Part shown: positions 20,237 to 29,891 of the stretch, piece by piece
Layout: the number at the start of each line of letters is the position of its first letter
Numbering within the stretch: position 1 is the first letter of the stretch
Assembly: GCA_963834425.1 (NCBI GenBank)
Contig: CAWIBR010000008.1
Span: 132,534 to 196,533, forward strand
Direction of reading: 5' to 3'
Source of the DNA: an uncultured Actinomycetota bacterium
Lineage (GTDB): Bacteria; Actinomycetota; Actinomycetes; Actinomycetales; CAVURS01
Length of the DNA stretch: 64,000 nucleotides
Notes under the pieces: generated by a model
Seen by the model: the letters and a program-made list of their open reading frames with translations, nothing else
Databases searched by the model: none
What the model was told of the DNA's origin: nothing
Position numbers and translations under genes: made by a program

Positions 20237-22771
20237 ATGGCACAGCAGGGCCAGCTCCGCGTCTACCTCGGTGCTGCCCCGGGCGTCGGGCAAGACCTAC
20301 AAGATGCTCGAGGAGGGTCATCGGCGCCGTGACCGCGGCACCGACGTCGTCGTCGGCTACATCGAGACGCACGGCCGCCGGCACACCGAGGAGATGCTGG
20401 CGGGCTGGAGGTCGTGCCCCGCCAGCAGATCAGCTATCGCGGCACGACGTTCGAGGAGATGGACGTCGATGCGGTGCTCGCCCGGGACGCGGAGGTCGTC
20501 CTCGTCGACGAGCTGGCCCACACCAACATTCCGGGCAGCCGCAACGCCAAGCGCTGGCAGGACATCCAGGAGCTGCTGGCCGCCGGTATCACGGTGATCA
20601 CGAACCTGAACATCCAGCACCTGGAGTCGATCAACGACGTCGTCCAGCAGATCACCGGTGTGCCGCAACGGGAGACGGTGCCGGACGAGCTGGTCCGCCG
20701 AGCCGAGCAGATCGAGCTGGTCGACATGGCTCCCGAGGCGTTGCGCCGACGGATGGCCCACGGCAACATCTACCGCCCGGAGAAGATCGACGCGGCCCTC
20801 GGCAACTACTTCCGGGTCGGCAACCTGACCGCCCTGCGCGAGCTGGCGCTGATCTGGCTGGCCGACAAGGTCGACGACGAGCTGGACAGCTATCGGGAGC
20901 AACATGAGATCTCGGCGACCTGGGAGACCCGCGAGCGGGTCGTGGTCGCGCTCACCGGTGGCCCCGAGGGCGACACGCTGATCCGCCGGGCCGCGCGAAT
21001 CGCCGCGCGGGCCAAGGGAGCCGAGCTGCTCGCCGTGCACGTCACGCGCAGCGATGGCCTGGTCGGCACCAACCCGGTGGACCTGGCCCGTCAGCGCACC
21101 CTGGTCGAGAGCATCGGTGGCACCTATCACCAGGTCGTCGGGCCCGACATCGCAGGTGCGATGCTCGACTTCGCTCGCGGTGTCAACGCCACCGAGCTCG
21201 TGCTGGGCGTCAGCCGCCGCGGCCGGCTGAGCCAGGCGCTCTCGCCCGGGGTCGGGCTGACCGTGACCCGCGAGTCGGGGCCCATCGACGTGCACCTGGT
21301 GACCCACGAGGAGGTCCGCCGCGGCCGCCGGCCGGTCGGCGCTTCCAGCTCACTCAGCGCATCGCGGCGGATCGTGGGCTTCGTCCTCGCCGTGATCGGC
21401 CTGCCGTTGCTGACCTTCGGCCTGACCCGCCTCCGAGGGGACCTGTCGCTGCCCAGCGACATCCTCCTGTACCTGGCGTGGGTCGTCGTCGTGGCGTTGG
21501 TCGGCGGCCTCTATCCGGCCCTGTTCGCCGCGGTCGCGGGCTCGCTGCTGCTCAACTACTACTTCACGCCACCGATCTACCGGTTCACCATCGCCGACCA
21601 CGACAACGTCCTCGCGTTGGCCGTCTTCCTGGCGGTCGCCGTCGCGGTGAGCGTGACGGTCGACCGAGCTGCGCGTCGTACGCGGGAAGCGGCCACCGCG
21701 CGCACCGAGGCCGAGACGCTCTCCACGCTCGCGGGCAGCGTCCTGCGCGGTGCCCGGCCGCTGCCGGCGTTGCTCGACCAGCTGCGCGAGACGCTGGGCT
21801 TCACCAGCGTGACCCTGCTGGAGCGCACCGACGGGCCGCCGGGCCCGGACGTCTTCCACGACGAAGGAGCCTGGCGGATCGCCTGCGCGGTCGGCGACCG
21901 CCCGAGCCTGACGCCGGCGCAAGGTGATGCCGAGATCCTGGTCGATCCCGGCCTTTCCCTTGTCCTGCAAGGGCATCCGCTGGCTGCGGCCGACCGGCGG
22001 TTGACGCAGGCCTTCGCCGCTCAAGCGGCGGTCGCGCTGAAGCAGGAGCGGCTCGCCGAGCAGGCCGCCGCGGCCGGTCCGCTCGCGGAGGTGGATCGGT
22101 TGCGCACGGCCCTGCTCAGCGCGGTGAGTCACGACCTGCGCACGCCGCTGGCCTCGGCCAAGGCGGCGGTCAACGGACTGCGCAGCGAGGGCGTCGTCTT
22201 CAGCGACGCGGACCGGGACGAGCTGTTGGCGACGGTCGAGGAGTCACTGGACCGGCTCTCGCGGCTGGTCGAGAACCTGCTCGACATGAGCCGGCTCCAG
22301 GCCGGGGCGCTGGCCATGTCGCCCCAGGCGATGTCCATGGCCGAAAGCATCGCGACCGCACTCGATGAGATCGGGCCGATCGCACGCCACATCGACGTGC
22401 GCGTGCCCGACGAACTGCCGGAGGTGCATGCCGATCCGGTCCTCGTCGAGCGCGTGCTGGTCAACATGGCGCAGAACGCGATCCGATACAGCGCGCCGGA
22501 CAGCCCGCCGATGATCTCGGTGAGCGAGCACGGTGGCCAGATCGAGACGCGGGTCGTTGACCGAGGCCCCGGCATTCCGGTCGCGCAGTGGGACAGCGTC
22601 TTCCTGCCGTTCCAACGGCTCGGGGACCGCGACAACGGCACCGGTGTGGGTCTCGGGCTGGCCTTGTCGCGCGGCCTGGCCGAAGCGATGGGCGGCAGCC
22701 TGACGCCGGACACGACGCCCGGCGGCGGGTTGACGATGACCCTGCGCCTGCCCTGCGAGGGTTGTCGATGA
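20237..22771 (+). pseudogene. kdpD: Sensor histidine kinase KdpD; two compensating frame breaks near 20288 (GGG vs GG) and 20400 (C vs CC)
   Basis: MAQQGQLRVYLGAAPGVG-KTYKMLEEGHRRRDRGTDVVVGYIETHGR..(shifted)..QISYRGTTFEEMDVDAVLARDAEVVLVDELAHTN. USP-like domain. TM block. H-box LLSAVSHDLRTPLASA. ATPase VVDRGPGIP..GTGVGLGLALSRGLAEAMGG. Confidence 0.9.
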
Positions 22772-23451
22772 GCCGGATCCTGGTCGTCGATGACGAGCCG
22801 CAGATCCTGCGGGCGATGCGGATCAACCTGCTCGCCCGGCAGTACGCCGTGGTGACCGCGGCCACCGGTGGCGAGGCGCTCACGGCCTCGCGCGAGCAGC
22901 ATCCCGACCTGGTGGTGCTCGACCTCGGCCTGCCCGATCTGGACGGGGTCGAGGTCATCCGCCAGTTGCGGGCCTGGACCCGGGTGCCGATCATCGTGCT
23001 GTCCGGCCGCAGGGACAGCCGCGACAAGGTCGATGCGTTGGATGCCGGTGCCGACGACTACGTCACCAAGCCGTTCAGCCTGGACGAGCTGCTGGCCCGG
23101 ATCCGGGTGGTCATCCGGCGCCGCACCGACGACGAGCGACCGGCCAACGTCATCATCGGCCGCTACACCGTCGACCTGGCCGACCATCGGGTCCACGCCA
23201 CCGATGACCCCGTCGAGGTCGTGCACCTCACCCGCACCGAGTGGGAGCTGCTGGAGGTCGTCGTCCGCGAGCCGGGCAAACTGGTCAGCCAGCGCTCGCT
23301 GCTCGAACAGGTCTGGGGCCCGACGTATCAGGCCGAGACGCAGTACGTCCGGCAGTACATGGCCCAGCTCCGGCGCAAGCTGGAGAGCGATCCGGCTCGG
23401 CCGCGCCACCTGCTCACCGAGCCTGGCCTGGGCTACCGCTTCCAGCCCTGA
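22768..23451 (+). CDS. kdpE: OmpR-family response regulator KdpE (intact)
   Basis: MSRILVVDDEPQILRAMRINLLARQY..HPDLVVLDLGLPDLDGVEVIRQLR..PIIVLSGR..DKVDALDAGADDYVTKPF...YVRQYMAQLRRKLE..PRHLLTEPGLGYRF. ATGA overlap with kdpD. Confidence 0.9.
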   Translation: MSRILVVDDEPQILRAMRINLLARQYAVVTAATGGEALTASREQHPDLVVLDLGLPDLDGVEVIRQLRAWTRVPIIVLSGRRDSRDKVDALDAGADDYVTKPFSLDELLARIRVVIRRRTDDERPANVIIGRYTVDLADHRVHATDDPVEVVHLTRTEWELLEVVVREPGKLVSQRSLLEQVWGPTYQAETQYVRQYMAQLRRKLESDPARPRHLLTEPGLGYRFQP

Positions 23452-23527
23452 CTGTCCGGACTCTCGCGTCCCGGGGTGCGGCCACTGCGGTGCGCTGGCT
23501 GGTGCGCGAACGAGGCAGGATGTTGGC

Positions 23528-24557
23528 GTGCCATCGTTGCTTGCCGACCTGGGTGTCCGGACGCCTGTGCTCGCGGCGCCAATGGCCGGTGGGCCGGGCA
23601 CGCCCGAGCTCGTCGTCGCCGCGGCTGGTGCCGGGAAGTCTGGGCTTCCTGGCCGCCGGCTATCGATCTGCCGAGGCCCTGAAGGCGCAGATCGACGTCG
23701 TCCGAGCGGCCGCAGTGCCGTTCGGGGTCAACGTCTTCGCGCCCAACCCGGTGCCGGTCGATCCCACGGCCTACCGGTCCTACGCCCTGGCGATCCAGGC
23801 CGAGCTGGATCGCTACGACCTCGAGCCGCCGCCGGCGCCGCTCGAGGACGACGACCACTGGCGGGCCAAGATCGACCTGCTCGTCACGGATCCGGTGCCG
23901 GTCGTCAGCTTCACCTTCGGACTGCCTTCCCGTGACGTCGTCGTCTCGCTGCGAGCCGTGGGCACCATCGTCGTACAGACGGTCACCTCCGCCGCCGAGG
24001 CCCGCGTGGCCGCCGACCTCGGCGTGGATGCCCTCGCCGTTCAGTCGGCTGCCGCGGGAGGTCACTCCGGAACCCTGACGCCGCAACAGCTTCCGACGCC
24101 TACGCCGCTGCCGGAGCTGGTTGCTCAGGTCCGGGCCGCGGTCCGTCTCCCGTTGTTGGCGGCAGGTGGTGTGGCGGCATCGGCGGATGTCACCGCCGCC
24201 TTACGGGCCGGCGCCGAAGCGGTGATGGTCGGGACGGTGTTGTTGCGTACCGACGAGAGCGGCGCCTCGGCGCCACACCGGGCCGCGCTCGCCGACCCGA
24301 ACCGGGGCGCGACCATCGTGACGCGCGCCTTCACCGGCCGGCCGGCGCGGGCCTTGCGCAACGAGTTCACCGATCGGTACGACGCGCTCGCACCCTCCGG
24401 CTACCCGGCGATCCACCACCTAACCAGTCCATTGCGCCGGGCGGCCGTGGCCGCCGGCGATCCCGAGCGGATCAACCTCTGGGCCGGCACCGGTTACCGG
24501 GCCGCACAGCCCGGGCCGGTGGCTGGTGTCATCGCCGCGCTGGCGGCCGGCGCCTGA
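23528..24557 (+). pseudogene. Nitronate monooxygenase (2-nitropropane dioxygenase family); frame break near 23636 (AA vs A)
   Basis: VPSLLADLGVRTPVLAAPMAGGPGTPELVVAAAGAG, then LGFLAAGYRSAEALKAQIDVV..PFGVNVF...VVSFTFG...VDALAVQSAAAGGHSG...LPLLAAGGV...GAEAVMVGT. Confidence 0.8.
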
Positions 24558-24623
24558 AGGACCGGCCGTCGATCCAGGCGCCGTCGAATCGCGGGTCGGC
24601 TCGGCGGCTCCTAGTCTGCGCCG

Positions 24624-24999
24624 ATGGACGAAGCGCCGATCGGATCAAGCCCCGATCGAACAAGCGGCGGAGGGCGCGCTCGTCGAGCGGGCGTTCCGCC
24701 TCTACCGGGAGCAGGACCGGCAACAGGCCTGGCCGCTGTACGCCGAGGAATTCACGTTCACCAGCCCGCAGGATGACCACATCGACAAGGCGGCGTTCTT
24801 CGAGCGCTGCTTCCCGACGGCGGCGCGGTTCGCCGAGCAGGAGTTGCTCGCCGTCACCCCGGCGGGAGGCGGCCTCGTCTTCGCCTACTACGAGTACGAG
24901 CTGTCGACCGGCGCCCGGTATCGCAATGTCGAGGCAATCACGGTGCGGGACAGTCTGATTCGCGAGGTCCAGGTCTTCTTCGGGGGGCAAGTCAACTAG
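24624..24999 (+). CDS. NTF2-like / SnoaL-like small protein (start uncertain; possible frame break right after the ATG at 24624)
   Basis: ..ALVERAFRLYREQDRQQAWPLYAEEFTFTSPQDDHIDKAAFFERCFPTAARFAEQELLAVTPAGGGLVFAYYEYELSTGARYRNVEAITVRDSLIREVQVFFG has the shape of a nuclear-transport-factor-2 fold. No in-frame start codon lies near the conserved part. Confidence 0.45.
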
Positions 25000-25018
25000 C
25001 GAAAAGCCCACTCGCTCG

Positions 25019-26709
25019 TCATCCAGTATCGGGCAGCCAGCCTTCCGGGACGGCGATGTCTTGGTCGTTGCCCTTGGTCTGGGACGTGGTGCCGGACGTG
25101 GTGCCGGACGTGGTGCCGGACGGGGTGCCGCACGTGGTCTCGGACCCGGCCCCGGTCGCGACGCCGACGTCCGGCGCGACGCTCGGGTCAGCGCCGGGCT
25201 GGTCGGCGTCGCTGGGTTGGTCGGCGGGTTGGTCGGTGGGTTGTGGGTGGGTGGGCAGGGTGAAGTGTCGGGTGTTGCGGATGGGTGTTCGTGTGGGGTC
25301 GAGCCAGGCGGGTGGTCGCCAGTGCGGCAGCCCGTTCAGCATCACGCATTCCCAGCCGCGTTTGGCGTGTTCTCGGTGGTGGTAGCCGCAGAGCAGGGTG
25401 AGGTTGTCGATGTCGGTGGGGCCGTCGTTGGCCCAGTCGGTGATGTGGTGTCGCTGGCAGTGGCTCGGGGGCCGGTCACAGCCGGGGAAGGAACAGCCGC
25501 GGTCTCGCGCGGCTAGCGCGACGGTTTGGCCGGGGGTGGCGATCCGGGTGGTGCGGCCGAGGTAGAGCGGGACGCCCTTGCTGTTCTCGATCAGCACGTA
25601 CAGCTGGGACTGGTCGCAGGCGTCGGAGGGCGTCGCCGACCGGGAGCAGGGTGCCGTGCTCGGAGACGGCGAGGCCGTGCCGGTCGCGGAGCTGGGTGTC
25701 TTTGATGTGCCAGACGATGGCCGCGGGGGTGCCGCCGCAGGCGGGCAGGTCGCCGGAGTTGAGGATGGCTTTGAGGACGTCACCGAACGCGTCGTGCATC
25801 CGCACCTGGTGCGGGCGGTCGTCGCGGGTGCCCGGCATCTCCACCACGCCACCATCGCCCGGCCCGGCTTCGGACTCGTCGCTGGGCTGGTCGGGCTGTT
25901 CGGCCCATCCGCGTTCAGCCGCGTGGCGGGGGTGGCGGGCACGGCGGGGGCGGGTTTGGACCAGGCGTCCAGCACGACCCGGGCGGCTTCACCGGTTTCC
26001 TGGTTCAGGTCGGCCTGCAGGGTGTACCCGGCCTGCCCGCGTTTCTTCCACAGCCGCAGCCCGCGGTGCTTGTGCGGCGTGGGCGACCTCGCGCAGGGTC
26101 CCGTCGGGGTCGGCCCGGACCATCACCTCGGTGGCCAGCACCTCCAGGTCGGCCGGGGTCACCTTGGCCGCGGCGGTGGCCATCTCGGCCTCCACCACCG
26201 GTCCGGACTCCTCGCCGGACCGGGCCGGGCAGCTTGCCGATGGTGTCCAGGATGATCCGGGCATGCTCGGCCGGAGACCTCACCCGCGCTGATCCCGGCC
26301 GCCAGGCTCGGACACGCCGCCGGGAGGACTTCCCCGGTGAACGCCACCTCCGGGGTGATCGCGTGGGCCAGGTCGACCCGCCGCTTGGCCTCACCGGGTC
26401 AGCCGCAGCTGCTCGCGCAGGAAGGCCGCCGTGGAGGGTCGGGCGTAGCGGGCCGGCTCGTCGCCGACCTCGACCGCGGCCACGTAGTGGGAGTCGAAGA
26501 CCGCCAGCCGCCGGCGCAGCAGCTCCAGGTTCCGGGCCGCCGCGTGCAGCCCGGTCGAGGGCGAGTCCAGGCGGACCAGGGCGGTCAGGTCGTAGGTCGT
26601 TGAGCTCGGCCACACCTCGCCGGCCAGGCGCGCGAAGAGCTGCGTCCAGGGCCGGGTCGCCGGTGGACTCCAGCCCCGTGTCGTCGGGGTGAACGCTGCC
26701 CTCGTTCAT
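25019..26709 (-). pseudogene. DUF222 / HNH endonuclease family gene (13E12-repeat type); at least 5 frame breaks
   Basis: C-terminal HNH: LAARDRGCSFPGCDRPPSHCQRHHITDWANDGPTDIDNLTLLCGYHHREHAKRGW. N-terminal DUF222 pieces lie in several frames: LDSPSTGLHAAARNLELLRRRLAVFDSHYVAAVEV..RPSTAAFLREQLRLT, ISAGEVSP.EHARIILD. Confidence 0.75.
25081..25140. repeat. 12-bp tandem repeat, 5 units (3 perfect): GGACGTGGTGCC
   Basis: Read directly. Encodes the TSGTTSGTTSGTTS tail of the HNH gene on the minus strand. Confidence 0.9.
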
Positions 26710-26716
26710 GTGTTCG

Positions 26717-26746
26717 ATTCTAGACCTATCGTCCGACATCGGTCAA
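26717..26746 (-). promoter_or_regulatory. Candidate sigma-70-type promoter TTGACC-N18-TAGAAT ending 7 nt before the ATG at 26709 (leaderless-like)
   Basis: The minus strand reads TTGACCgatgtcggacgataggtcTAGAATcgaacacATG. The hexamers are unusually AT-rich for this sequence. Confidence 0.4.
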
Positions 26747-26840
26747 CCCCGACAACCACCCGAATCCCGTTGAATAGCAACTATTTTCGGCAACCTTGAG
26801 CGACTCTGCGTGACCGGTTCTTCAGAACCGCCGAAAGGCG

Positions 26841-26970
26841 ACCCGCGAGCAAGACCCAGCCCGCGCGCGCGCCGACCAGCGCGCGCCGGTACCGCGAGCC
26901 GACCCGTCTGAAAACCCAGCCCCGAGCGGAACCAGCGCGCCGTACCGAGCCGCTTGAAACCCAGCCCCGC
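26841..26970. repeat. Imperfect 45-60-bp tandem repeat (about 2.5 units) in the ybdK / HNH intergenic region
   Basis: The core A(A/G)ACCCAGCCC(C) recurs at 26852, 26912 and 26957. ACCAGCGCGC(GC)CG(G)TACCG(CG)AGCCG recurs at 26875 and 26931. Confidence 0.7.
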
Positions 26971-26979
26971 GCAATCCCT

Positions 26980-28122
26980 CTACGCGCGCGGCACGGTCCA
27001 GGCAACTGCCTCGGCGATGACGTCACCCAGCCGACTCCGCCGCTCGAAGGCCCGGCGTTGGCTATCGGCACCGTTGCCCTCGGCCAGCAACCGCCGCACA
27101 CCCGCCTGCACCACCGCGAGGTCGCCCGCGTCAACCAGCGCCGAGTGCACATGCGACAGCAGCTCATCGACAACCGTCGCCGCCGGTGCGAGCTCGTCCG
27201 TACCGGGGCGCACCAGGTCCGAGCCCAGGCCCCATCGCGCCGCACGCCAGCCAGCCGCCCGCAACGCAGCCCGGCGTACGGCAGGTGCGGCGACCCCGCG
27301 CCGCCAGTCGGCCACCGCCGTCTCGACCAGCGCGCGGCACAGACCGGCGAGGACAGCGGCGATGTCCGGTGTGGGGGTGACGTCCATGACCCGGATCTCG
27401 ACCGTCGGGAACGACGCGGAGAGCCGGGCGTCGAAGTAGATCATCCCCTCGTCCATCGCCGCCCCGGAGGCGACGAGCGAGGCCACGTCCTGGTCGTAGA
27501 CCTCGAGGGTGCCGAAGATCTCGGTCGCTCCCGCGGTGGGCCACATCTCCTGACGGACCGTCCGGTAGCTCGCATAGCCCGTGTCCGCACCCTGGTGGAA
27601 CGGCGAGTTCGCCGACAGGGCAAGCAATACGGGCAGCCAGACCCGGATCCGGTCGATGACGGCCACGCCCTCGTCGCGGGAGTCGACGGCCACGTGCACG
27701 TGCATCCCACAGGTGAGCTGCCCGGTGGCGACGGCCCCGAAATCGTGGGCCATCCGCTCATAGCGCGGGTCCTCGGTCGTCGTCGGTGCGGCCGCGGCCG
27801 GATTGGTGCCCAGAGCAACGGGTACGGCGTGCAGCTCGGCCGCCCGGGTGGCAACCTCGCGGCGCCGTTCGGCGATCTGGTCCCGCAGCTCCGCGAGGTC
27901 CTGGTGCGGGCTGGTGGTCGTCTCGATCTGTTGCCGCTTGAACTCATGCTCGATCGCCGGAGCCGGATCGCTATCGCGGATCCTCGGCGTCGGATCGCTC
28001 GGATCGCTCGGATCGCTCGAATCGTCGGGCTCGGCCGGCTCGTCGTCGGCCAGGTCCTGCCCGACCCGCGACAGCCGGATGCTCCCGGCGGCGAAGACGA
28101 GCAGTTCCTCCTCGACCCCCAC
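26980..28122 (-). CDS. ybdK: Carboxylate-amine ligase, YbdK / GCS2 family (the longest ORF would start at 28308)
   Basis: VGVEEELLVF...EFKRQQIETTTSPHQDLAEL...GQLTCGMHVHVAV...RIRVWLPVLLALSANSPF..G.DTGYASYR...MIYFDARLS..FPTVEIRVMD. GTG 28122 gives about 380 aa. The 28123-28308 extension has poor third-position GC and contains the 12-bp repeats. Confidence 0.8.
   Translation of the reverse strand: MGVEEELLVFAAGSIRLSRVGQDLADDEPAEPDDSSDPSDPSDPTPRIRDSDPAPAIEHEFKRQQIETTTSPHQDLAELRDQIAERRREVATRAAELHAVPVALGTNPAAAAPTTTEDPRYERMAHDFGAVATGQLTCGMHVHVAVDSRDEGVAVIDRIRVWLPVLLALSANSPFHQGADTGYASYRTVRQEMWPTAGATEIFGTLEVYDQDVASLVASGAAMDEGMIYFDARLSASFPTVEIRVMDVTPTPDIAAVLAGLCRALVETAVADWRRGVAAPAVRRAALRAAGWRAARWGLGSDLVRPGTDELAPAATVVDELLSHVHSALVDAGDLAVVQAGVRRLLAEGNGADSQRRAFERRSRLGDVIAEAVAWTVPRA
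27992..28027. repeat. 9-bp tandem repeat GGATCGCTC, 3 perfect units plus 1 imperfect
   Basis: Read directly. Encodes SDPSDPSDP within ybdK. Confidence 0.85.
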
Positions 28123-28130
28123 GGTCCGTC

Positions 28131-28190
28131 GCTCAGTCGCTTGCTCAGTCGGTTGCTCAGTCGATTGCTCGGTCAGTTGCTCGGTCAGGC
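28131..28190. repeat. 12-bp tandem repeat, 5 units: GCTCAGTCG(C/G/A)TT, degenerating to GCTCGGTCAG(TT/GC)
   Basis: Read directly. It lies just upstream of the preferred ybdK start, inside the ybdK / GGDEF divergent region. Confidence 0.9.
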
Positions 28191-28306
28191 GCGGTTGGGA
28201 CAGCAGGGCCACCTCCAGCGGTGAGGTCCCCAAGGCTAAGGCCCAGCTCGGCCGTGCCGATGGATGAAAGAGGGGGTTAGCCGGCATCCGACGACCGAGG
28301 TGTGCC

Positions 28307-29359
28307 ATGACGAGCACCACCCCTCTGACCGACCATGACTCGAATGAGTCGTGGTTGCACTCGTGGTTGCAGTCCGTGCTGCCCGCTCGCGCGCAAACGG
28401 GTTCCGAAGCCGTGCGTCTGGGCCGCGGCCTGCTGCTGGTCACCGGCCTGGTCGTCGCCGCCGCGATGCCCCTCCTGCGCCCGAGCCCGCAGGACCTGAC
28501 CGTCGTCCTCGCCGTCAGCGCGGCCATGACCGGGTTGTTGCTGCTCAGCCTCTTCCTGCCCTGGCACCGCTGGTCGGACCGGGCCACGCTGATCTTCCCG
28601 ATCGCGGTGATGGTCGCCCTCGCCTGCGTCGGTCACTTCACCACGCGCCAGATCGGCAGCTGTTTCACCGGCCTGTTCGTCCTCTGCTTCGCCTATCTGG
28701 GCGTGTGCGAGCGACCGCACGCGGCGTTCTGGGTGCTGCCGATCGCCCTCCCGTCGTACGTCTTGTCGATCAGCACCTGGGACACCTCGACCGTGATCCG
28801 GCTGACCGTCGCATCGGCCGTCTGGGCCTTGCTGGCCGAGCTGCTGGCTCACCTGATGCGTCGTCAGCACATGGTCGCCGAGATCCTGCAGGCCGCCTCC
28901 CGCACCGATGAGCTGACTCGTCTGGCCAACCGGCGCGACCTGGAGGCCCGCCTGTTGCGGGTGCGGATCGGCGACACCGTCGTGATGTGCGACCTGGATC
29001 ACTTCAAGCGGCTCAACGACACGTCCGGGCACGCAGCAGGCGACACGGTCCTGCGCGACTTCGGCGCGGTCCTGCTCGGCTCGTTGCGCGGCGACGACTA
29101 TGCAGCGCGTTACGGCGGCGAGGAGTTCGTGCTGATCCTGGCCGAGACCGACGCCGTGCAGAGCATCGACGTACTGGCCCGGCTGCGCCGCCGCTGGGCC
29201 GAGACGCACCCGGAGATCACCTTCTCGGCCGGCTTCGCGACCTACACGGGCGAGCGCAGCATGCAAGCGGTCATCGAGGCGGCCGACCGAGCGATGTACG
29301 CCGCGAAGGCCTCGGGCCGGGACTGCTTCCGCGGCGCCGTGACCCACACCGCAGCCTGA
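28307..29359 (+). CDS. Membrane-anchored diguanylate cyclase (GGDEF domain, GGEEF active site)
   Basis: About 5 TM spans, then DELTRLANRRDLEARL....VVMCDLDHFKRLNDTSGHAAGDTVLRDFG..LR..D.AARYGGEEFVLIL...RAMYAAKASGRD. Confidence 0.85.
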   Translation: MTSTTPLTDHDSNESWLHSWLQSVLPARAQTGSEAVRLGRGLLLVTGLVVAAAMPLLRPSPQDLTVVLAVSAAMTGLLLLSLFLPWHRWSDRATLIFPIAVMVALACVGHFTTRQIGSCFTGLFVLCFAYLGVCERPHAAFWVLPIALPSYVLSISTWDTSTVIRLTVASAVWALLAELLAHLMRRQHMVAEILQAASRTDELTRLANRRDLEARLLRVRIGDTVVMCDLDHFKRLNDTSGHAAGDTVLRDFGAVLLGSLRGDDYAARYGGEEFVLILAETDAVQSIDVLARLRRRWAETHPEITFSAGFATYTGERSMQAVIEAADRAMYAAKASGRDCFRGAVTHTAA

Positions 29360-29428
29360 CGGAGTTGTCAGACTCCGCGTCCGCTTTTGGTGTCGCTCGG
29401 TCTGACCCGTCGGAGCGAGCCGGAGGGG

Positions 29429-29884
29429 TCAGCGGGCGCCGGCGAGCAGCGGAGCCCGTAGCGGCAGGTCGCCGTCGGCCTGCAGCGCCTGGACCGCCTG
29501 ACGAGTCCGCGCGTTGACCAGGATCGGCGCGGCCAGGTTGGCCGTGGCATCGGCCAGCCCGCTGCCGGGGTTGACCACCAGCAACACCAGCGGCTGCTCC
29601 TCGGGGAGCAGCTCCAGCACCTCGCCGACCTCGTCGGCCACGTCGGTGCTGTAGTCAGGGAAGAACGGTCCCGGCGCCACGACCAGGAGCCGCAGGTCGG
29701 GGTCGGCGATCGAGCGCAACGCGAAGACGTGGGCGTCGTCATCGAGCGCGACGAGCACGCACCGAGACAGTCCGGGCAGGCCCGGCACGTCCTCGACGAA
29801 CGAGATGACCGGCAGGTCGTCCTCGGCCACTGCTCCTCCGGATGCCTCGGCGCTGCGCGCCGTGCGGTCGGCGAGCATGCTCAT
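29429..29884 (-). CDS. fliW: Flagellar assembly factor FliW
   Basis: ISFVEDVPGLPGLSRCVLVAL...VFALRSIADPDLRLLVVAPGPFFPDYS...LVLLVVNPG......ATANLAAPILVNARTRQAVQ. Confidence 0.85.
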   Translation of the reverse strand: MSMLADRTARSAEASGGAVAEDDLPVISFVEDVPGLPGLSRCVLVALDDDAHVFALRSIADPDLRLLVVAPGPFFPDYSTDVADEVGEVLELLPEEQPLVLLVVNPGSGLADATANLAAPILVNARTRQAVQALQADGDLPLRAPLLAGAR

Positions 29885-29891
29885 TCGATGA

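Noticed and set aside
28306-28309. Divergent ybdK and GGDEF genes apparently starting on overlapping CATG nucleotides
   Set aside because: This is an artefact of choosing the longest ybdK ORF. GTG 28122 gives a family-typical product of about 380 aa. The 28123-28308 stretch has poor GC3, rare codons and tandem repeats, so a normal divergent intergenic region of about 185 bp is more likely.
29361-29390. GGAGT-tgtcag-ACTCC followed by GCGTCCGCTTTT after the GGDEF gene, considered as a terminator; its TTGTCAG also resembles the left arm of the 48178/56260 element
   Set aside because: The stem has only 5 bp and the resemblance to the inverted-repeat element is limited to 7 nt. This is too weak to call either way.
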